From a virus (lineage: Duplodnaviria > Caudoviricetes): a stretch of DNA of 64,000 nucleotides. Below are positions 1-7,758 of this stretch, one piece after another; within the stretch, counting starts at the first letter, position 1; every line of letters starts with the position of its first letter. The stretch spans positions 1 to 64,000 of the IMG/VR virus record IMGVR_UViG_3300037761_000250, one strand, 5' to 3'. A model generated the notes under the pieces. That model had not been told where the DNA came from. It worked only from the letters and a program-made list of their open reading frames with translations, and did not search any database. The position numbers were made by a program, and so were the translations under genes.

Positions 1-384
1 GAAGAGTCAGCACTTAGCATTCTCTACGGCATCGATAAAGCGCAGGATAAGACTTTGCGCGACTACGTGGGTTCTAAGGGAGAGTATGTATTCGGTTCCG
101 CAGGTGTGCGTCTCTTCTTGGCTTGTAAGAAATGTAAGATCACCATCCAGGCTCTAACCGGTGGGGTTATGTTGCGTGTAAGGGTGGTGTTGGCTTTTCT
201 GGAGAGGGACAATATCACCAGGGATGACATCCTTCCAGAAGTGGATCCTCTGGAGGGACATGTAGTTGACTATCGCACAAGTCTCCCCAAGCCATACTAA
301 CGTTTTACAAGGTTATACTAGCTACCAGTTTAACTTGTTTAGTTATCTCACCCGTCTACATTATCCTCTAATTGGTAACTTATG

Positions 385-428
385 TATATAGTATATTATA
401 GTATATAGTATATAGTATATATAGTATT
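385..428. repeat. AT-rich low-complexity TATAG(TA) tandem repeat
   Basis: tatatagtatattatagtatatagtatatagtatatatagtatt in a non-coding region. Confidence 0.7.
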
Positions 429-644
429 GTGTAGTTATGAACCGTTGCGGGACATAGCATGTGTTCCTAGTATAACTAACTGGTTTTTATAAAGAAATCT
501 CAGTTGGAGTGAGTATAATGGTATTATATCCGCTCCAACCGGTACATCTGGTAGCTAGTAGTACAGAGTAACACAACAGAAGTCACCGCAGAATTCATCA
601 CGAAGTCGATGCGGAATTCAACAGCCCTGTGGAAGCTTGTGCGT

Positions 645-990
645 GTCGATAGGCCCTTGGACCGACTCGATGACTATGAATTACGGTCGTTCGAGGGTGT
701 TTCCTTCGGCATGTATACATCCCACCATGCCAGGCAGGAATGCAGGGTCGTACCCCAGCACGTCGTCCTCGGTGCAGGGGAAGTTGTCGGCGTCAAACAC
801 GTCGAAGATCGGAGCAGGTTCGGGACTCTGTGAAGTCGTCCCGACTGTATACCCGACCACGAATGTGATGAAGCCAATGAGAAGCAGGGCCAGTGCTGTG
901 CGACCATTCATAAGTTGCTCCTTAGAGACCGATGGTAGGAGTACGATGAGTAGACCACGGCCATCGAGTCGATTCAAGGAGCCTATCGAC
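645..990. repeat. Inverted-repeat pair enclosing gene 681-911 (left array cassette 1)
   Basis: gtcgataggcccttggaccgactcgatg (645-672) vs catcgagtcgattcaaggagcctatcgac (962-990); 2 mismatches and 1 gap. Confidence 0.9.
681..911 (-). CDS. Small membrane/secreted protein
   Basis: ATG at 911 with AAGGAG RBS; N-terminal hydrophobic helix; PCTEDD...GCIH motif. Confidence 0.75.
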   Translation of the reverse strand: MNGRTALALLLIGFITFVVGYTVGTTSQSPEPAPIFDVFDADNFPCTEDDVLGYDPAFLPGMVGCIHAEGNTLERP

Positions 991-991
991 C

Positions 992-1406
992 AGAACCTGT
1001 AACCTTGGGGCAGCTCGGTGGCCTGGGGGGAATGTTACTCGATGGGGTTCAGCAGCGCGTGGACCAGGTCGTTCCGTCGATCAGGGTCGATGTAGAAGAA
1101 GAAGTCCAGCCCGTCGCCCTCGAGCGTGTCGACCCGGATGCGCTTGTGAAGCCGCTGGGACGTGTCGAAGGTCTCTTCGACCGTGGCCGTGAACGTATGT
1201 TCGGTGTGCGGATGGGTTAGGACTTCGAGGTACAATCCGAAGTCCTCGAGGGTGATCTCCTGGGCGTCGTGCTGCGATTCCGCGACGTACTGTGCCCAGT
1301 GCTGCTGGAGCGTTGCCATCAGCTCGCGTACCTGCTCGGTGCTTTGTTCGGTCATGATGTCTCCTTCGAAAGAAGGACACCAAGCCGCCTCAGGGTTACA
1401 GGTTCT
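992..1406. repeat. Inverted-repeat pair enclosing gene 1035-1355 (left array cassette 2)
   Basis: agaacctgtaaccttggggcagctcggtggcct (992-1024) vs aggacaccaagccgcctcagggttacaggttct (1374-1406); 28/33 complementary. Confidence 0.85.
1035..1355 (-). CDS. Hypothetical protein
   Basis: AAGGAG RBS upstream of ATG 1355; high-GC codon usage. Confidence 0.75.
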   Translation of the reverse strand: MTEQSTEQVRELMATLQQHWAQYVAESQHDAQEITLEDFGLYLEVLTHPHTEHTFTATVEETFDTSQRLHKRIRVDTLEGDGLDFFFYIDPDRRNDLVHALLNPIE

Positions 1407-1408
1407 TT

Positions 1409-1967
1409 GGTTCGTAGATCCTGAACTCGGGCCGATCTCCGTACTGCTGATCGTCCTAGATGCGCTTGCTGACGTACTTGATGACGAACGCTGCGGCCTG
1501 CGCCTGGGTCACCGGCTTGGTGTCCTTGACGCTCGGAACGATCATACCGTTCCGGCCGTAGTTGTACGCCGCCTGCGTCCTGATCTGGTACGGCTTGCCG
1601 TCCTTCATGACCCCGAAGATCTCGAGGACTGCGTTGAGGACGCCGGCCACCGCGTACAGGGTCAGTCGGTCACCCTTGACCGTCTCGAGAACGTCCCAGG
1701 TTGCCTGCTCGACAGTCACAGGCTCCGTCTCGGCAGCCAGTGCCTCGAGCACCGCCTCGGACTCGAGGTCGGCCTCGGCAGCCAGCTCGGTTGCCTCCAG
1801 CTCGGTCGCCTCGATGCCCTGGACGTCTTCGGTCTCGGTCGGGTCGGTCGCGTCGATCACGTCGACGGTCTTGGTCTTACTCATGGTAGTCTCCTTCTGA
1901 GTTCTGGAACAGGAATGAACGATGGACTGGAACTCAGAGATCGACCCGAGATCAGGACCTACGAACC
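1409..1967. repeat. Inverted-repeat pair enclosing gene 1456-1884 (left array cassette 3)
   Basis: ggttcgtagatcctgaactcgggccgatctc (1409-1439) vs gagatcgacccgagatcaggacctacgaacc (1937-1967); 28/31 complementary. Confidence 0.9.
1456..1884 (-). CDS. Hypothetical protein with acidic N-terminus; paralog of 2553-2852
   Basis: AAGGAG RBS before ATG 1884; shares PYQIRTQAAYNYGRNGMIV / PYQVRPQMMYNYASSGMIV. Confidence 0.8.
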   Translation of the reverse strand: MSKTKTVDVIDATDPTETEDVQGIEATELEATELAAEADLESEAVLEALAAETEPVTVEQATWDVLETVKGDRLTLYAVAGVLNAVLEIFGVMKDGKPYQIRTQAAYNYGRNGMIVPSVKDTKPVTQAQAAAFVIKYVSKRI

Positions 1968-2256
1968 TATTTGGTAACATGATACTGTTACGTTTGTCAA
2001 GATACCCGAACCCCACTCCTGGAGCTCATGGACGCGCTCGACCACGTCAAGTACGTCCATCAACCTCAGGCAGACTGGTAGTAGTCTTCTCAGCATCAGT
2101 ACTTTAAGTTTTTGTTTCTAATTTTAGTATATAGCGGTCTCTCAGCGCCCCACAAGAGGGCTCTCGCAAGATCTTTTGCACACCAGGTGTAACACTGTGT
2201 TGCAGGTTTTGGGTAGCCGGTAGTCCTTTGTTCTAGACGGTTCCGATGTTTAGGAT

Positions 2257-2478
2257 CTAGCACATACAAGATCCGTTTGTAGATCTGGCCTCGTAGCAGT
2301 CCGGACAAACAGGGTTCCGAACCTTACCTTTCCTGTTCGGCCGGATCCTGTAGCCTCCGGTCAACTTCTCGTCCGCGATCTTGTCTAGCAACCACTCCGG
2401 AGGTTTGCAGCGACCTCCAGGCCAGTTACCTTCATCCTTGTTCCGCTGTTCGCCTAAGAGGCGACTCGAGTACGTCAT
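2257..2478 (-). CDS. Small Cys-rich putative Zn-binding protein
   Basis: AGGAGG RBS before ATG 2478; C-terminal CPDC...GSCMC. Confidence 0.7.
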   Translation of the reverse strand: MTYSSRLLGEQRNKDEGNWPGGRCKPPEWLLDKIADEKLTGGYRIRPNRKGKVRNPVCPDCYEARSTNGSCMC

Positions 2479-2512
2479 GGTTTCCACCTCCTCTCTAGCT
2501 TCCGTCTTTTTG

Positions 2513-2926
2513 GACTAAGATCCTAAGGGCTGAGTCGATCTCCTAGGTAGAACTAGATGAGCTTGTTGATGAACCTGCAGATGAATTCGTAGGCCTGCAA
2601 CCGAGTTACGCTCTTGGCATTCTTATCGCCTTTGACGATCATGCCGCTGCTGGCGTAGTTGTACATCATCTGCGGACGGACCTGGTACGGAGATCCGTTC
2701 TTCGTAACCTCCAGCTGGTCCAGCGAAGAGTTCAGGTACTTCGCCAGCTGGTAGAAGGTCATCTGATGCGGCGCGTCCGCGAGAATCTGCTCGATGACGG
2801 CGTAGACATCCTTGTCGATCTCGAACAACGCGTCCTGGATGATAGTACTCATGATCTTCTCCATTCGAACTTCTGATACGAGTCTGAGGACAGAGAGAGA
2901 TCGACTCAACTCTTAGGATCTTAGTC
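2513..2926. repeat. Inverted-repeat pair enclosing gene 2553-2852 (left array cassette 4)
   Basis: gactaagatcctaagggctgagtcgatctc (2513-2542) vs gagatcgactcaactcttaggatcttagtc (2897-2926); 28/30 complementary. Confidence 0.9.
2553..2852 (-). CDS. Hypothetical protein; paralog of 1456-1884
   Basis: GGAG RBS before ATG 2852; shared YQxRxQxxYNY..GMIV motif. Confidence 0.8.
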   Translation of the reverse strand: MSTIIQDALFEIDKDVYAVIEQILADAPHQMTFYQLAKYLNSSLDQLEVTKNGSPYQVRPQMMYNYASSGMIVKGDKNAKSVTRLQAYEFICRFINKLI

Positions 2927-3067
2927 GCTGTTTAGTTATCAAAGAACTTGTAGCTGTTTTTTTTGTTCTAACTATATTATAATTCAAGATCATTATTTTC
3001 TAACGGCCGCTACGATAAAATCTCTGCCGTGCAGGAAACCTGTAGTAACACTATGTAAAACTTACCG

Positions 3068-3114
3068 TAGGCTAATCCTGTACTAGACTGATCCCGCGCT
3101 AGGCTAATCCTGTA
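3068..3114. promoter_or_regulatory. 15-bp direct repeat upstream of TerS-like gene
   Basis: taggctaatcctgta at 3068-3082 and 3100-3114. Confidence 0.45.
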
Positions 3115-3214
3115 GTAGTACTACGTTACTTGTTACTCTTATATCCTTCTGTCGTGTGATCTCTAGTCTCCTCACTATATACTTGATGTAACAACGTAGC
3201 GTTGGGAGACGTTC

Positions 3215-3559
3215 ATGGCGACCGATCCAAGCACTCCTCAGGACGAGTGGGTGACTGATGAAATGCTCGGCAGGCTCGTAGAGCCGAAAGCAGTGGAAAC
3301 CTACGAGCACGGTGCTATGAGCATATTTCGTCAGAACGCAGTAGAAGCCGCCAAGGCGATCTGCAAGCTAGCAACCCACAGCACCAACGACAGAATCAGA
3401 CTAGATGCAGCTAAGTACGTGTCCGATCGTGTTCTTGGGCGTATTAGCGAGGCACGGCCGACCGATGCTGCAGGCGCTCCATGGGAAAGTGTGTACGAAG
3501 CCGTTGTCAGAGAGCCTACTGCAACCGAACGTGAAAGCGGAGCCCAAGTAGCTCGCTGA
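3215..3559 (+). CDS. Terminase small subunit-like protein
   Basis: Helical protein with RIRLDAAKYVSDRVLG motif, upstream of TerL; C-terminal APWESVYE. Confidence 0.55.
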   Translation: MATDPSTPQDEWVTDEMLGRLVEPKAVETYEHGAMSIFRQNAVEAAKAICKLATHSTNDRIRLDAAKYVSDRVLGRISEARPTDAAGAPWESVYEAVVREPTATERESGAQVAR

Positions 3560-3624
3560 ACTGCGCGAAAGAGCACTCAGGCCCCTGTGGAGGCTGTTGG
3601 GTCGCGGCGGGCGAATTCAAGTCA

Positions 3625-4170
3625 ATGAATGGAGATGACGTGCCACTACTGAATGCTGCGGCGGGCGATACGGTTCAGTATCGCAATGCTGATGGTGAGA
3701 CCGCTAATGTGTATGTGACGGGCGTCCAGCCTACCGCACCTGCAGCTCCAAGTGTGACCACGCAGGGTACTGGCGGGACCCTAGGTGCTGCTACCTACTC
3801 GTATAGAGTCACGCGAGTAGTTGGCGGGGCTGAGGGTCCGCCTAGTACTGCTGGTTCGGTTGTGGTGGGGGCCGGCACGACCAACCGGAACAATGTTGCA
3901 CTGCCGGGTGTGGCTGGTGTACAGTACGGTGTTTACGGCAGAACAGCTGGTACTGAGCGGTTCATTGGGCTGTCTGCTGCAGGCGCAACCACGTTTGCCG
4001 ATACGGGTGCGGTGACGCCCGATGCTGCCCGGCCCGCAACTGGGGTGACTGCTGATGGTCGAATCGGGGCGTTGCAGTTTCACCCAAAGCGAGTGCTAGG
4101 TGCTCCTTCAGGTACGGTCGTTGTCAAGGCTACTAGCATGAAGGATACCGACGTTTACTTCAAGCGCTGA
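3625..4170 (+). CDS. Putative virion accessory protein (G/T/A-rich beta fold)
   Basis: PTAPAAPSV...YSYRVT...GVYGRTAG...TFADTG pattern; position next to terminase. Confidence 0.55.
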   Translation: MNGDDVPLLNAAAGDTVQYRNADGETANVYVTGVQPTAPAAPSVTTQGTGGTLGAATYSYRVTRVVGGAEGPPSTAGSVVVGAGTTNRNNVALPGVAGVQYGVYGRTAGTERFIGLSAAGATTFADTGAVTPDAARPATGVTADGRIGALQFHPKRVLGAPSGTVVVKATSMKDTDVYFKR

Positions 4171-4186
4171 GGCGTAGGGGCGGATT

Positions 4187-4411
4187 ATGGCATGGGTGCC
4201 TAAGATTAACAGGCATGTGACATTGCTGAAGCGTATTAGTGCTTCAGTTGTTAAGCCTGTTCCTGCGGTGATCATAGCCTTCGCTACTGATACCAATCCG
4301 ATTGTCCGCGTCGGACGTCATGGACAGACTTTCGGCAGTGGAGCCGTTGGTGTGCCGCGAAGAACTAATCCGGACGAGAACATTACGGTCACGAAGTACA
4401 TATCGTACTAG
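4187..4411 (+). CDS. Hypothetical protein
   Basis: ORF in plus-strand operon. Confidence 0.55.
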   Translation: MAWVPKINRHVTLLKRISASVVKPVPAVIIAFATDTNPIVRVGRHGQTFGSGAVGVPRRTNPDENITVTKYISY

Positions 4412-4471
4412 CGCCACGCTCGTATAGCTATATAAGCTAGCTACATTTACAGTAGTCCTTAATATTAGGGG

Positions 4472-7006
4472 GTGAGTGCGGGGGTGGCAAGCCTGGTTGT
4501 TGATAAACGAGCGTACTTTCAGCAGCTCGGGTATCAACCACATCCGAAGCAGTGGCTATACCACATGTCTAGATCTCGCTTCCGTGCTGCTGTATGTGGC
4601 CGGCGCTTTGGTAAGTCGTGCATGGCTGCTAGGGATCTTGAGCCGGAGCTGATGGTTCCTAACCGTCGCTATTGGATTGTCGGCCCTTGTGTCGATGAGT
4701 TGACGGAGATCTTTACAGATCGAGGTTGGTTGCGCTACGACGAAGTTGTTGTTGGCGATCGAACACTTTCGATTAACCCCAAGACGGGCTTAAGCGAGTG
4801 GGATACAGTTGAGAAGGTCTTGCGGAAGTCGGGTGTGCATCCTGTCATTCGAATGGAGGGACACTCCTTCTCATCTGTCTCCACACCTGATCACCGTTGG
4901 TTGACTAATAGACGTTGGGACAGTATTGGGGGTGCACGTGTTCCACGTCTTCCGGGGGTCTTGCAGCCGATAGCTGACAAATTGCCCAAGACTGACAACG
5001 GTTGGACTTGGCGCACTACAGCGACGCTTACGGCAGATGATAGAATTCCGACTGCGGCTCCCTGTGTCGATGTCCCTACCGAACCGAAGTACACTGATGC
5101 CTTTGTAGAACTGGTTGCTTGGATCTGGACTGAAGGCTCTCTGTCACGGAGTACGAGGCAGACCCAGACGTGCTTCCAGATACATCAGTCACACGTAGCG
5201 AATCCTGATAAGGTGAGTCGCATTCGTCGTGCGCTCGAGGCAGTTGGTGCCTCCTACTACGAATTTCAGGATGTTCGCAATGGCACACCAATGACTCACT
5301 TTGAGCTCAATGCTACTACGTCGTTCGAGTTCTGGAAGGTCTTTAAATCACATAAGGTGGTAGATCCCGAATTCATTACGTCCCTAACACGTGCACAGCT
5401 GCAGCTCTTTGTTGGCGTCTCCGTTCTCGGTGATGGGACAGGCGTACATCGAGAAACGCAGTGCAATATAGTGCAGGAGAATGAGAAACAGCTTTTTGCT
5501 GTGCAGATGGCCTGCCACCTCCTAGGCATTCGCACCAGCCTGCGTCAGCAGGATATGATGTCATACGGCAAGCCTGGAAAGAAGTGGGTGCTAGGCCTCC
5601 TAACGCAGACCTTCGTGAATCCTAAACGGGCTGTGTACAACGCCGGAGCCGAAGGTATGCGCATCACGTACGAGACGTACGAGGGGACTGTTTGGTGTGT
5701 AACAACTCGTAATGGTAACTGGCTTTCTCAGCGTAAGGGTTCTGTGTCATATACTGCAAATACCTACGATCTCGGGGAGAAAGAATTTCGGTATCTCTGG
5801 CAGGACATGATCATCAAGCTTCGGTTCGGTCGAGACAAGCGAGTCAAGAAGGCTTACAACAAGCGTAGCGGTGAGATGTATATAGAGTTTCCGTGGCAGA
5901 CGCGTGTTGAAGTAAGAAGCGCCCAGCACCCCGAGACGCTTGTTGGTGATGGCCTCCATGGCGCCATTATGTCGGAGGCCGCGAAGCACCGCAAGGACAC
6001 CTGGGAGCAGTATATTCGCGCAGCTCTTTCGGACTTCCGTGGATGGGCGACCTTCGTTACTACTCCAGAGGGCTTCAACTGGCTATATGACCTTTGGATG
6101 TTGGGCATTTCTGGAGATGTTGGGCTTAAGGACTACGAGTCGTGGCGGTTCCCGTCGTGGGACAACCCCATTGTGTATCCTGGCGGTCGTGAGGATGAGG
6201 AAATCAAGCTCATCGAGCGTACTACGGCACTAGAGTGGTTTATGCAGGAATTTGGTGCTGAGTTTGGCGCTTTCGTTGGTAAGATCTATGGCGAGTTCGA
6301 TCCGACGTTGCACATCAAGCGACACACCTTCAATCCTGCATGGGCTAACTACATTGCCTTCGACTGGGGCTTCACGAATCCGTTAGCTGCAGTAGAGTTC
6401 CAGGTTGACCCTTGGGATCGGGTGTATGTGTGGCGCGAGCACTACAAGTCCTTCCTACAATTGGGTGAACACATCCAGATTCTAAAGAATCGCCAGCAGC
6501 CTGAAGGGTACCACCTAGACGTTGGATTTGGTGATGCTGCCGATCCTGCGGCTGCGATGGAGATGAGTACACACTTTGTTGGTACGTGGGCACTTCCAGA
6601 GGCTAAGGAGAACTGGCGTCAAGGTGTGGATTTGGTTAAGAAGTTCTTGAAGCCTCGGGATGTGTATAGCCCCGGTGGTAGTCTGGTTGTTTGTGATGAG
6701 TATGGCACACCGCTTCAAGAGCCGTGGATGTTTATAGATCCATCCTGTATTAACACCATCCGAGAGTTCAACAACTATCGTGCAGCTGATGCTCGGCCCG
6801 AAGTCAACCCCCGAGAAGCAGCCAAGAAGCATGATGATCACGCGCTCGATGCTATTCGCTACGGACTCATGCACATCTTTGAGTTGGGTTGTGCGTCACG
6901 CTTGTCGGATGTGTACGACCTGAACGAGTTTTCCGACACCTCAAAAGCCTTCGGATCTGTTGAGGGCTCGGGGTACTTTACCACAAGCGATCTGGATGAC
7001 ATGTAG
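4472..7006 (+). CDS. terL: Terminase large subunit containing an intein
   Basis: Walker A GRRFGKS, Walker B IMSEA, TTPEG motif, nuclease DWG and DHALDA; collinear with 57618-59153 apart from a 358-aa insertion. Confidence 0.95.
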   Translation: MSAGVASLVVDKRAYFQQLGYQPHPKQWLYHMSRSRFRAAVCGRRFGKSCMAARDLEPELMVPNRRYWIVGPCVDELTEIFTDRGWLRYDEVVVGDRTLSINPKTGLSEWDTVEKVLRKSGVHPVIRMEGHSFSSVSTPDHRWLTNRRWDSIGGARVPRLPGVLQPIADKLPKTDNGWTWRTTATLTADDRIPTAAPCVDVPTEPKYTDAFVELVAWIWTEGSLSRSTRQTQTCFQIHQSHVANPDKVSRIRRALEAVGASYYEFQDVRNGTPMTHFELNATTSFEFWKVFKSHKVVDPEFITSLTRAQLQLFVGVSVLGDGTGVHRETQCNIVQENEKQLFAVQMACHLLGIRTSLRQQDMMSYGKPGKKWVLGLLTQTFVNPKRAVYNAGAEGMRITYETYEGTVWCVTTRNGNWLSQRKGSVSYTANTYDLGEKEFRYLWQDMIIKLRFGRDKRVKKAYNKRSGEMYIEFPWQTRVEVRSAQHPETLVGDGLHGAIMSEAAKHRKDTWEQYIRAALSDFRGWATFVTTPEGFNWLYDLWMLGISGDVGLKDYESWRFPSWDNPIVYPGGREDEEIKLIERTTALEWFMQEFGAEFGAFVGKIYGEFDPTLHIKRHTFNPAWANYIAFDWGFTNPLAAVEFQVDPWDRVYVWREHYKSFLQLGEHIQILKNRQQPEGYHLDVGFGDAADPAAAMEMSTHFVGTWALPEAKENWRQGVDLVKKFLKPRDVYSPGGSLVVCDEYGTPLQEPWMFIDPSCINTIREFNNYRAADARPEVNPREAAKKHDDHALDAIRYGLMHIFELGCASRLSDVYDLNEFSDTSKAFGSVEGSGYFTTSDLDDM
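4688..5761 (+). mobile_element. Intein with LAGLIDADG-type homing endonuclease domain
   Basis: Starts Cys (GP|CVDELTEI), block B TPDHRW, endonuclease motifs ELVAWIWTEG and FVGVSVLGDG, ends SYTAN|T; absent from second TerL. Confidence 0.92.
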
Positions 7007-7015
7007 GAGACTTAA

Positions 7016-7417
7016 ATGACAATTGGATATGATGTCACACTACGGAATACTAGGCTCGACGCAATTACCACTCGTGCTGGTAATGCTGCGTTGTTGCGTG
7101 TTTATAATGGCACCCGTCCGGCAACTGGGGCGGCAATTACTAGTCAGGTGTTACTAGCGGAGCTGACTTGTGGTTCTCCGTTTGCGGCAGCCGCTGCGGC
7201 CGGAGTCCTGACCGCAAATGCGATTACGCAGGATGGGGCGGCTGATGCTACCGGCACTGCCAGTTGGTTCCGACTCCTACAATCGAATGGTACCACTTTC
7301 GTTGTGGATGGTGACGTTGCCGCTTCTGGTTCTGATCTGAACCTGGATTCCATCAGTATCGTTGCCGGTGGTACTGTGTCGGTCACATCGTGCGTAATCA
7401 CACACGGAAACCCGTAA
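7016..7417 (+). CDS. Putative virion structural protein
   Basis: LRVYNGTRP...GTASWFRL...DGDV...DLNL resembles a widespread phage virion accessory family. Confidence 0.65.
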   Translation: MTIGYDVTLRNTRLDAITTRAGNAALLRVYNGTRPATGAAITSQVLLAELTCGSPFAAAAAAGVLTANAITQDGAADATGTASWFRLLQSNGTTFVVDGDVAASGSDLNLDSISIVAGGTVSVTSCVITHGNP

Positions 7418-7434
7418 TAGAATAGGAGAATATC

Positions 7435-7746
7435 ATGGCAGGTGGATACTACGACCTATCCACGGGAGTGACCGTCAACCAGGTGGCCGGTGGAATCGCC
7501 ACTCGAGCACGCGATGTCATGCTCGATATTGTCAAGTTCGAGGTCTTCCGGACGGCAAATGTTCTTACCGCTGCGCCGTTTAGCCTGCCACAGGCGTCTG
7601 TTGATGACATTGGCAGCGCATTCCTCGATCTCGCGCACTTCCAGAAGATTTGGGCTGGAACGGTCCAGGCTCGCGATAAGGCGGACGCGGCATTTATTAG
7701 CTATGACTTCCAAACGTTCGTGAAGCGACTTTACGGACCACGCTAA
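7435..7746 (+). CDS. Hypothetical protein
   Basis: AGGAG RBS; ORF in operon. Confidence 0.65.
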   Translation: MAGGYYDLSTGVTVNQVAGGIATRARDVMLDIVKFEVFRTANVLTAAPFSLPQASVDDIGSAFLDLAHFQKIWAGTVQARDKADAAFISYDFQTFVKRLYGPR

Positions 7747-7758
7747 TCTAACAACCAA

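Noticed and set aside
55-300. ORF at window start
   Set aside because: No recognisable motif or RBS; may be the tail of an upstream gene but cannot be supported from this window.
1162-1977. 271-aa plus-strand ORF
   Set aside because: Antisense shadow of GC-rich minus-strand genes that have clear RBSs.
2222-2516. IR pair around gene 2257-2478
   Set aside because: Only agtcc/ggact and agacgg/ccgtct (5+6 bp split by a loop); too weak to call, though it may be a decayed cassette.
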